The notes beneath the pieces are model-generated. The model worked only from the letters and a program-made list of their open reading frames with translations, did no database searches and was not told the origin of the DNA. A stretch of DNA of 63,722 nucleotides, counting the filler. It is 13 parts of 13 records of this genome, joined end to end, with 100 filler letters (N's around TTAATTAATTAA, not from the genome) between each part and the next. Parts side by side here need not be neighbours in the genome. Positions count along the whole stretch, not along the records: positions 50,138 to 60,352 come from SRR7504441_10880; positions 60,453 to 63,722 come from SRR7504441_10882; 11 more parts are not named here. One strand, written 5' to 3'. Positions 50,864 through 60,466 of the stretch are shown here, piece by piece. How positions within the stretch are numbered: the stretch's first letter is position 1; each line of letters begins with the position of its first letter. The position numbers and the translations under genes were made by a program.

Positions 50864-52968
50864 CTACTGGCCTTGTATCTGCGCGAGAACCGACTGCAGC
50901 TTCTTCATGTGGTCCTTGAGTAGCTGGGCATACCGGTCCTGGTCTGGCGACTTGCATTTGACCCTGTACTCGAGCTCTTCGATATCAAGTGAGTCGGCCA
51001 GCCCGGCCAGCGTGTCCAGCACGGTCCCGGCATAGTTGGCGCTCGACTTGTCGGGCCGCACAAACTGGTATTTCCACAGCCCGCTCTCTTTGTTCATTGC
51101 GAACTCGGACACGCAGGTCGGCTTGCCTGCCGCGAGAGCTCGGCCCAGCCGCCGGTTGGGGCGCACCGTGCATGTCAGCGGTCAGCCGAAGCATGTCCTG
51201 CGCGCCGCAGTCCACTTGCCGTGTGAAATCAATCACGGCGCCCTCGTCGCCCTGCACCGCCGGTTGGCTGGGGGTGGGGGCTGATCCACCTCGAAGGTAA
51301 ACCAGAAGCCTCCGTCCGGTTGAATAGAGCAGAGCAGGTCAATGGTCATCATCACGCCCTGCTTGTACTTGAGCAGCTCGTAGTCTGTGCCCGGCCGGTA
51401 CTCTCTGTTGGGGCAGAAGATGATCCCATCGGTGTGGTGGTGGTACAGGTGCTGCGGGTGGCTGGCTGAGTACATGAAGTGCCCATCGTGTGATGTCACC
51501 TGCCGGCCCTCGCCCTCGGCCGTTCCTGGCTGCCACCTTCTTCATGATCTCGGCCACGTGCTCCTTTGAGTACCATTTCTTCACAATCATCGGGAGCCCG
51601 GGCGGTTCGGTCAGCCCGTTGCTGTTGGCTTGATAGCCCTTGAGCACCCGCTGGTGCAGAGCGTCAAGCCGGCCGCTGAAGTTAAGCCTCATCAAGCTCT
51701 CGTTCCCGAGCGCCAGGATGTCAAACGCCACAAACACCGGACGCGACAGCTTCCTGCCCGAGCTGAGTCGGCCCGGCCCGGCCTGTTGAGGACCTGTTGA
51801 GGACCAGCTCACCGTCGATCACTGTCCCCGCTGGCAGCTGGGCCAGCTCCTGCAACTGACTAAGCCCGTGCATGTCGAAGCAAACCATCCGCCGGTCGAC
51901 CAGCACCGCCATGCCGCCATTGAGCACCACCACCAGGTACCGCATCCCGTCGGTCTTCTCTGAGACCATGTACTCCCTCGTCTGCACCTCCGGCACGTGC
52001 CGCCGCCGGAACGCGACCGGGTTGGCGCCGGGGAACCCACGCATGTCGTCCCCGCCCAGCCGCTTGCAGGTGTTGGCCACCTGCTGGATCAGGCTGGTGT
52101 CGGTCAGCTGCTTGGTGGAGATATTAGTCGAGGCCACCGGCGGGATCAGTCCGAGGTCCTGCGAGAAAAGCAAATACATCAAGTCCTGCTCGACCCTGCT
52201 GCTCTTGCCCAGCTGAGCCAGCCCCGACTGCTTCAGCTCGAGCTCGATCTCGCACAGCTCCCGCTGCTCGCCGTCGGCGCTCTGCTCAGCCACTTGAGTG
52301 AAGTCGGCCTGCCAGCCGAGCTGGCTGTGGCTCCAGCTGGTCCGCTTCTTGGTCCGCTTAGTCTGCCAGTTGGCCGGGGCCGTCTGTTGCTCGTACGGCT
52401 GCGGGGTCTCGCACACGGCCGCGATCCGTATATCGTACCGGCAGGCTGGGAGCATGATGTCGATGCAGTGCCGGGTGTTGGGCGGGCCTTCCTCGCGCAG
52501 CTGGATCTTCTGCTTGACCTCCTGGGCGAACACGCCCTCGGGGCTCTCGACTACCCTCGCCTGGGCCAGATTGTACGCCACGCTCAGGCTGGGTTGCTGG
52601 CTGAACGGCTCGGGCTGCCGCTGCTGGTTGTATACTCGCCCGCGCCGCAGCCGCTCCTGCAGCTGCTGGTAATCATCGGGTGACACTCCCGGCTCAAATC
52701 GGGGGCTGAACTTTTCGCGGTCCTGCAGCGTGAGCACGTACGGCATGGCCCCCGCCGCGTGCGCGCAGAGCCGCTGCCGGTGCCCGTCGGGCCGAGTCAT
52801 GACGAGCAGCCCCAGTCGGACCTCCACCTCCACCTCGCCCTTGGCCTGCCAGCCGGCCAACTCTGGGGCCAACTGGCTGGCCAACTGGCCGATCGCGGCC
52901 TGCAGCGGGTCCCGTGACCGGCCCGGCGGCGGGGGCGGCCGCTGCCGCTTGGCCGGCGGCTCTGCCAT
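50864..52968 (-). CDS. Bifunctional mRNA capping enzyme: CYTH/triphosphate-tunnel RNA triphosphatase + guanylyltransferase
   Basis: TTM motifs EVEVRLG, DIRIA, RTKKRTSW and CEIELEL. GTase motifs FPGANP, EKTDG, IDGELV, FVAFDIL, TDGIIF, LLKYK and OB-fold RPDKSSAN. Four introns of 37-40 nt. Confidence 0.9.
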
Positions 52969-53056
52969 GCTTGCGCTGGGTGCTCCGCTCGCCGTACCTG
53001 CGCAAGCTGCTCAACTTTCCGTTGGCTGGAACAGGCTGCTGTTGGGACCGGTGAGC

Positions 53057-53793
53057 ATGGAGCTGCTCAAGATTGTGGTGCTGGGGGACGGCGGGGTGGG
53101 CAAGACTGCAATCGTCAACGCGCTGGCCGAGCGCCAGTTCGAGCCGGAGTACCGGCCGACCATCGGTGCCGAGTTCATCACGCGGAGCTCGGAGCTGGCC
53201 GGCCGCCGGCTCACGCTGCAGGTGCGATCGCAGCCTGGCCGGCTCACGCTGCGATGCAGGTGTGGGACTCGGCCAGCCAGGAGCGCTTCCAGAGCATGGG
53301 GCTCGCCTTCTGCCGGGGCGCCGACGGCTGCGTGCTGGCGTTCGATCTAACCCAGCCGAGCAGCCTGGCCCGACTGGAGCACTGGAAGGAAGAATTCATC
53401 TACGCCGGCTGCCCCGACGATCCGGATACGTTCCCTTTCGTGGTGATCGGGAACAAGGCGGACGCCCCCGACCGGCGGGTGTCTGAGGCCGAGGCCAAGG
53501 ACTGGTGCGGCCAGATCCCGTATTACGAGACCAGCGCCAAGAGCGGGCAAGGGGTGGAGCCGGCGCTGGAGGCCATCTGCCGACTGGCCCTCAGGCTGCC
53601 GCTCGAGCCAGCTGCCCAGCCTGCTGCCGCTGTGCCGACCGCACCCAAGCCTGCTGCCACCACCGCCAAGATGGGTGCCTGTCGGGCCCTGCATGCTGCT
53701 CTCAGCGCCAAAGGGAAAGACGCCTGTCGGCCTGCAATCCAGGCGAGTCTGGACCAGGACATCGCCCGTGTGGCCAAAGAGTGCGCGCCCTAG
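53057..53793 (+). CDS. Rab7-like small GTPase (divergent)
   Basis: LLKIVVLGDGGVGKT, YRPTIGAEF, intron 53222-53259, WDSASQERFQSMGLAF.RGAD.C, FPFVVIGNKAD and ETSAK. Confidence 0.9.
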
Positions 53794-53957
53794 TAATCAG
53801 TAGTTTTGCAAGTTTAAATAGGGTGCAATAGGTGCAATTACAATTATACATATCGATAGTCGACACGACTGCCTTACATGAAGGGTCTGGACTCTAGTGC
53901 GTGCCCAGCCCGGCGCCCTCGCATCCTCGAGGCGTCTTGTTGATTAGTTACCGAGGG

Positions 53958-56900
53958 CTAAAACCATTCAGCCTGGGCTTTGAGCTCGGCCTCTGACAGC
54001 CAGCTTGCATGCACGCCAAAGGGGATCCGATTAGGCATCTCGATTCGGGCTACCGGCTCCGAACTGAGTGCCGCGGCATCCCAGATGCACAGCTCGGACG
54101 TGCCAATCCCGTCTTGCCCGGCGCCATTACCGTCAAAGATGAAATCGAGGAGATAGCCGTCGTCTTCGGCCGCTGCCTCGCGCTTCGGGACAAATAATGC
54201 CTCGCCGCCGAGCCTTTTATTGCCAAAGTCCACATCACTCACGATTGACTCGGTCTGCAAGTCGAACTTGACAAACCCGCTGTACATCTCGTCCTCGCCG
54301 CGTCGCATCAAGTAAGCCCACCGCGCCCCAGGCTTGCCCGCAAACTCGCGGTTGACTTCGCATCGCTCGGTCAGCAGATCGGCCGCAGCCGGGACCAGCC
54401 CGCCCGAGACCTGCCCGGACTCAAGATCGAGCACGAACTTGTGCAGCTTGGACGGCGGCTCGTCCGGGGTATGGATCGGCACGCTGCTCGGGTACTCGTC
54501 GAACAGCGGCATGTAGAGCACCAGCTTGCCGTCCTCGGTCTCCCAGCCGTTGACACAGTGCCAGTGGAAGCCTGTCCTGCCGGTGTCGAACCACCGCACA
54601 GCAGAAGGGTCGGCGCATGAGCGAGGAATTAGCCCGAACCGGACCGGGAAGCGCTGGTCAAAGTCGTACAGCTTGCCCTGGGTGAGCCCAGCTTGGTTGA
54701 TCCGGAGCGAGTGGTCCACCAGGATGAAGTAGTTCTCCGTGAGGAAGCAATCGTGCAGGAAGGCGGGCGGGGGCGAGCCGAGCTTGACGGGCATCTGATG
54801 CACTTTGAACGAGGCGTGGTCGACCACCCCGTAGGTGCACACCGGCGAGAACATCCCCGAGCCGATGTAGTGCGTCTGGCCAGCCGGCTGGTCGGTCTTG
54901 TAGTGGGCTGAGAACCGGTCAACTTGCCCGTCTAAATCGTCAAACTCGCCGCTTTGGACCACGCCAGTATTCGGATCTATTTTAATCTGGAACGGTGGGC
55001 AAAGCTCCATCACAGCGTACATTCTCCCCTCGGCATACCAGGTGGAGGTGGCCGTGTGCATCTTGCGATTATCGGCCAGCAGTGGCAGCGCGCCCGCCCG
55101 CATCCGCAAGGCCTGCAACCCGAGCTTGCGCGCCACTGGGATCCCTCCCAACGTCAGGTCTCCAAACGAGGCAAACAGCTCGCGCCCAGCGGCTTCATTC
55201 GCCACAAACCGCGGCGATCGGAGCCACGTGCAGCTGTACTTGAGCTGCGCAGGGTCCTCGCCCTTGAACCGCACGCAATGGATCATGGCGTCGCCGTCGT
55301 ACATGCTGAAAACAACAGGCGTTAGATCATACCAGGCACGGAAGCACTTACTGCTGCTTTCCCGACGGTTCGAAGCGCTGATTGGTGCCGTTCCGTACAA
55401 ACATGCCGTGCAGGTCGCCGGGAATGTCGCCGCTGAGCAGCTTGAGCTGGCTGTGCTGCGCTTCGGCTTTGATAGGCAGCATGTTGCCCCGGCGATACGG
55501 GTTGTCTTGATTGTGCACAGTGGTATCCCCGCAGGCCCCAGTCATGACTGCCACCAGCCGCTCCGCTTGCTCGACCGACGGCGGAGCCGAGCAGCCGATG
55601 TGCGACGGGCACATGAACGGGGACCTGACCACGCACTTCTGGACTCCTTCATACAGCAAGTAGTTACGGACGGCGCCTATCCCCGACTGGACGGCGGCGA
55701 GGTCCTCACCAGGGAAGGCTCCCCAGCTGCCACACTCAAACTGGAAGCAGCTCCCGGTCCAAGTGTTGAGCGCCACGGTCCCGTACTTGAGCTCGGCCAC
55801 CGCCGCCTCCACCTGCTCGGCCGGGCAGCTCGGGTGGGCCACCAGCGAGGCCGAGAGTGAGCCGAGCACCGACCCGTTCACAAACTCGGGCGCTGTCGAG
55901 AGGAAATCGCCAGGCAGAGACACCACCGCGAGCACCGGAGCAAACGCCTCATTCTGGAGCGCGTACGGGTGGCCCGGGCTGCCGAGCGGGCCGCTGGCCT
56001 GGTCGTAATCGATCTGGATGAGCAGCGCGGGCAGGTTAGGTCCGAACTTTGGGTGTGCTGGGCCGGTGGGGACGAGCGACTCGATCTGGCGAGAGGTCGG
56101 ATGCTCCTGCTGGAACCGGCGGTAGCGGGCCGCAGTGCCCGGGTAGTACGGGACGGCAGTCGGCCGCTGGGAGATGACTTGGGTGAGTTTGTCCAGAAAT
56201 TGCTGCTTCTGTGCCCAATTGTCAGAGAGCACGAGCAGCTTGGGCGCGTTGCAGTTGCAGCTGTTATTCTGCAGGAAAGCCGTGGCCAGGTGCCGGGCGT
56301 GGTGATCGAGCTCGGCCTCGCTGAAGACGGCCGGGGCGATCAGCCACGGGGTGATGCACCCGAGTTCGCTGGTGATCGGCTTCTGGAGCACCGGGCAGCT
56401 GGCAGCCTTGTTGGCCGCCTGCTCCTCGCCACAGCCCCACACGATCGCGTCGTGCGTGGCGGTGCCCCCGGTGATGTGCACGTGCTGCACCAGCCGGTGC
56501 TGCACCAGGGCCTTGCCCTCGGCCGCCCCGCCGATGAACGAGTGCAGGTAGCCCTCGCGGATCAGCGGCCCAAACAGGTACTCAACCCACTTGTGGTTGT
56601 ACTCGCGCACGGGGTTGTGCTTGAGCGCCACCACGGCCCCGTCCACGAACATGGTGTACAGCACGTCGCACATGGTCAGGAACCCCTGGTTGCCCGCCCC
56701 GAGCACCGCCGACACCCGCCCGAGCGCCACTCCGCCGAGGTGGTTGCGCCGGGCGTAAAACTTGCCCTGTCGCGCGGCCTCGGCCAGCCAAAGCTCGACC
56801 TGCCACTCCCTCTGGGGCCCGGCGGCGTCGGCCCGGCTCCGGGGGAACACTTTGACCCTCTGGCTGTCCAGCGGCTCGCCCTGGGGCGGGGCGCCGTCGC

Positions 56901-57228
56901 GCATTATCCCGGCCAGCGACTCCATCAGCCCCTCGAGGTCCCGGGTCATGATCCGGGTGTTGAGCAGCATCTCGATCGCCAGCAGTGGCCCGGCCTTGTC
57001 CGGGTCCAGCCCCATCGCCGTCAGCGAGTCGGCAGCCCAAGCCCGGTGGTCGGCCGCCATCATCAAGTCGCGCATCTCGCTCAGCAGCCCGAGCCGCTCC
57101 GCCAACGGCAGCGCCGCCCACCGGCCCTTGCGGCCAGCCAGCCGCTCGATCGCCGCCTCCAGCTCCGAGCCGCCCGAGCGCTCCCCGGGTGCCGGGCCGT
57201 CCGGGTCGGCAGAGCAGGTCGCGCCCAT
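53958..57228 (-). CDS. Aldehyde dehydrogenase - carotenoid/stilbenoid cleavage dioxygenase fusion (about 1074 aa, one intron 55306-55351)
   Basis: ALDH: VLGAGNQ, ITGGTATHD, TSELG and NCNAPK. In the same frame it runs into the CCD start NPYRRGNMLP...GDIPGDLHGMFVRNG.N. Intron GTAAGT...CTAAC...TTTTCAG restores HMYDGDAMIH. The four Fe-ligand His are in SAHYK, FLHDC, HWHCVNGWE and PFGVHASW. Confidence 0.9.
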
Positions 57229-57341
57229 ACAGCAGCTCTATGTGTCGCTCGGGCGTGCCGGCTGTGACATCTAACGGAATTCGGCTCATCGAGCAGCTCC
57301 CAGTGGGCGGATGGCGGAGGGTGTCGATGGTGTGTAGCACC

Positions 57342-57817
57342 ATGGACCTGCTGATAGATTCAGATTGCGGATTCGACGACATGCTCGCCGTGTGCATCGT
57401 CCTTGCTTCGCGCAGAGCGGTGCGTTTAAGAGGTATTACCACCGTGCATGGGATGACCACTCCGGGGCTCGGTGCCACCACAATGCGGCCCAAACCCCTC
57501 AAAAGCTATTGAGGAACGATTCAGACCTACTGCTAAAAGGCGAAGGGACAGTTTGCTGCCTTTATGATCCAGTTGCTGCATGCTATCTATTGGACCCAAC
57601 TGCATTCGAGTCAGAGCGCCTCGACATTGAGGTCCGCCCTGAGAATGGGGCTACAGAGATCGCCCTTGACAACAGCGCGAGGTCTGTCTGTGTGACGTTG
57701 CCAACCAGCTTCAAGGAGCCTTTCGGATACCGTCATATGCTTGAAAGGCTCATAACATCAGGGGCCTCGCAAGATGGTGCAGTGGATAATGACCGCGGCT
57801 GCTGCAGTTGGGTCTAA
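57342..57817 (+). pseudogene. Inosine/uridine-preferring nucleoside hydrolase remnant (N- and C-terminal parts only, out of frame)
   Basis: IDSDCGFDDMLA...GITTVHG stops at 57512. LYDPVAACYLLDP follows immediately in another frame. The central part of the fold is absent. Confidence 0.6.
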
Positions 57818-58239
57818 TCAACCAAAGCCGCCATAATCGATTCAATTTTGAAAGTCACAAGCCAAACCACCAAGGTGATGTTCAGAACACAAAATGATGA
57901 TGTTCAAGACATTGGTGCGATACATGGGCTGTTGTGCCTTCACCTTGAGTTCAAACCGAAAGACGGCTACATGGCGTTTAAAAATCGCGGCCCGATTGTG
58001 TATTAGACCCGACACCATCGAGTCTTTGGACAGTGGGCCGTGTATTAAACCCGACCGGATCCCATGCCGGATCCCGCACCGATGCGGCCTCGGGAGGCCA
58101 GCCGGGCCGCTGAGCGGCTGCGGAACTGTGTAATCTATATGTAATCTAATGTTATAATTATCAGTCAAGCGGCTATCTAGTGACTGGTTCTGGAACGAAA
58201 GCTGGCAAGATCCTTGTTGGGTGCTGGTCACGTTTGTTG

Positions 58240-59422
58240 TTATTGGTCGTCGTCGTCGTCTTTGGACAGGAACCACATGTTAGCCATCCACTTCTCTCCA
58301 GCGAGCACCTGAGCCCCGCAGTGCATCGAGTTCCAGTGTAACACCTGCTCGCCCGGCCCGCCCAACCGGTCCAAGTTCATATTGTACCAGAACACAGCGT
58401 CCCCTGCCCACCGGTCAGGCTGAGCCCGCCCGCAGCCATACCCTTACGGGGCGGCACCACCACGCCGCCGAGCCGGGTGCACTGCTCGGTCGGCTGGCAG
58501 GCCATCTCTAGATCCTCCCAGTCCTGCATCCGCATCCGGCCGGCCTTCGGGTGGTCGGCCCCCGGGAAGGCCAGCTGTCCGCCCACGGCCGGCTGGTTCA
58601 GGAAGAGCGCGAGTGTGGCCAGCCGGATTGGACCGCCCGAGTCAATCGCGTCTGGCGAGCTGTCGTGGTGGCAGCTGTAGTGCCCGCCCACCGGGTACCG
58701 GAGCACCTGGCCCGCCACACACTGTATATACTGCACAGTGCAGTATGGCGCACCTGGAGCTGCTCGAGGTGGCCGCCCAGACCCTCGCTGAACACACGCG
58801 CGCGCTCCTCCAAGAACGAGGTGGCCGCGGAGTCGTACCCGAGCCAACGCTGCGCACTGTGCCGAGTCTTGAGCTCCGGCCGACTCCTCTCGAGCCATCG
58901 CACGTACTGGGCCAAGTCGATCCGCTCGGCCACCAGCCGCTCCAGAGTGAGTGCGGTCCCCGCAGGCAGCTTATACCGGTCCAGGAAGAGCTGGTGCCGC
59001 CCCCGGTGGTTGTGCATCTCCAGCTCGGCCTGCCGCCCGTTAGATCCGTCCGTTGGGCCAGCCACCGAGAGCAGCTCCGCCAGCTCGGCCCCGCTGAGCG
59101 CCCCGTCCCTATCCGCGTCGTACGCCCCGAACAGCCGGGCCATCCGGCGGCTGGCTGGGGGCAGCTTCTGGACCGGCTCCTCCCCGTTCACCTCGCTCGC
59201 GAACATCCCGCCCGTCCGGTTTGCCGCGGCTACAATCGCGTCGGCCTCGTCTTCGCTCAAAAACTGAGACACCAGGAAGATCGGCGGGTCGGTCGCCAAG
59301 GTGGTGATGCTCCGCGGGTGGCCGGTGCTGTTGAGTGTCCGTTGGTGCCCCGGTCGGACCGTTGGGCAGCTCTGCAAGCTGGAGCCCGACGCGGCGGCCA
59401 GCAACAGCGGCCACAGGTGCAT
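58240..59422 (-). CDS. Prolyl 4-hydroxylase with inserted EF-hand (P4HTM-like), signal peptide
   Basis: PPIFLVSQFLSEDEAD, EF-hand DADRDGALSGAE, EQLQ|VLRY..GGHYSCHHDS, FLN....GG..AFP, AVFWYN and SMHC..V..GEKWMANMW. Two introns. Confidence 0.88.
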
Positions 59423-59602
59423 GCCACCGTTTGTCCGTTACAGATCACGTACCATCATCGAATCATGTATTGTGTATGTTATGTTATATGTTATGTTATG
59501 TATTGTGTAAGATGTGTAATGGCTGATATCGATGGGGGGCTATCAATCTAGCTATCGACCAAGCCTCTCACATACTCTAGCAGACCACTCCTAGTAGACC
59601 GA

Positions 59603-60312
59603 TCAGGCGGTCGAGCTTGCAACAATCGGCTTATCCTCGGGATCGTCATGCAACGGGCTCAGCAGCTTCTTGAGCGGCACCTTGCCTTGGAACCAGTTGT
59701 CCATCGACCGTTGCAGGTGCCCGTCCGAGCCCTCCAGCCCGGGCTTGCGCTCAGACTCGGCCATCATCGGTTCGGCCGAGGCTTCCTCGTAGTCTTTCTC
59801 GGCCCGGAGCATCGATCCAGGCGCCACGTAGCAGCACAAGTACATGCCCAGGATGAGCCCGATGGCTGCCAGCACCAGCAGCAAGTCGTACGCGAACAGG
59901 CTGGCAGAGAGCGGCCTGACTTTATCACATAGGCTCATGCACTCCGAGTCGGAGCACGAGTGCGGCCAGCAGTAACCGGCGATAGCGCACAGGCAGGCCA
60001 GCACCGGGAGCGCCACCAGCCCGGCCAGCAGCCGGATCGCCCCGCATTCGCCCACTCCGAGCTCTCGGAACAGCCCGACAACTGGATAGAATCCAAACGT
60101 GAGCCCAGCCGATACACTGCTCAACACACAGAGCGCCAGAAGCAGCCCGCGGGTCGCGTCGCAAAAGTCCTGCCCCGGCTCAGGCCCGGACGCCCGGCCG
60201 ACGCGCCTGGTCGGCCCCACAGTTGGACGGGCTGTCAGCCCACACTATGCCTGCAGCGATTGCCCCGGCAGTGTTGGAGAGCAGCATGAGGAACATCATC
60301 CCAAGCAGCGCC
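59603..60312 (-). CDS. Multi-pass membrane protein of unknown function, 5'-partial
   Basis: Four hydrophobic segments. A GC-AG intron at 60170-60206 joins the upstream exon (MMFLMLL...). Confidence 0.55.
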
Positions 60313-60466
60313 CTGCCCCGCCCTCGGCCCCCCCCCCCCCCCCCCCCCCCCCNNNNNNNNNNNNNNNNNNNNNNNNNNNNNNNNNNNNNNNNNNNNTTAA
60401 TTAATTAANNNNNNNNNNNNNNNNNNNNNNNNNNNNNNNNNNNNNNNNNNNNGTACTATGGCACGA

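Noticed and set aside
33488-52968. Pol X and TTM-type capping enzyme as signs of a giant virus or endogenous viral element
   Set aside because: Both carry host-type spliceosomal introns, lie among ordinary eukaryotic genes on separate contigs, and no capsid, packaging ATPase or PolB gene was seen.
55969-57267. Long antisense or overlapping ORFs (e.g. 55969-57267 +, 58613-59551 +, most of 43163-44470 -)
   Set aside because: Shadow frames of GC-rich coding sequence, with Arg/Ala/Pro-rich translations and no motifs.
50864-59422. Neighbours of the ALDH-CCD fusion as a pathway cluster
   Set aside because: The flanking genes (capping enzyme, Rab, hydrolase remnant, P4H) are functionally unrelated; no carotenoid synthesis or opsin gene is present.
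59462-59512. (TATGT)n-like tract upstream of the P4H gene
   Set aside because: Short degenerate microsatellite in an AT-rich intergenic gap; no evidence of function.
4878-60452. Recurrent palindromic TTAATTAATTAA as a biological repeat or CRISPR-like array
   Set aside because: Always centred in a fixed 100-nt N spacer; it is a concatenation linker with stops in six frames.
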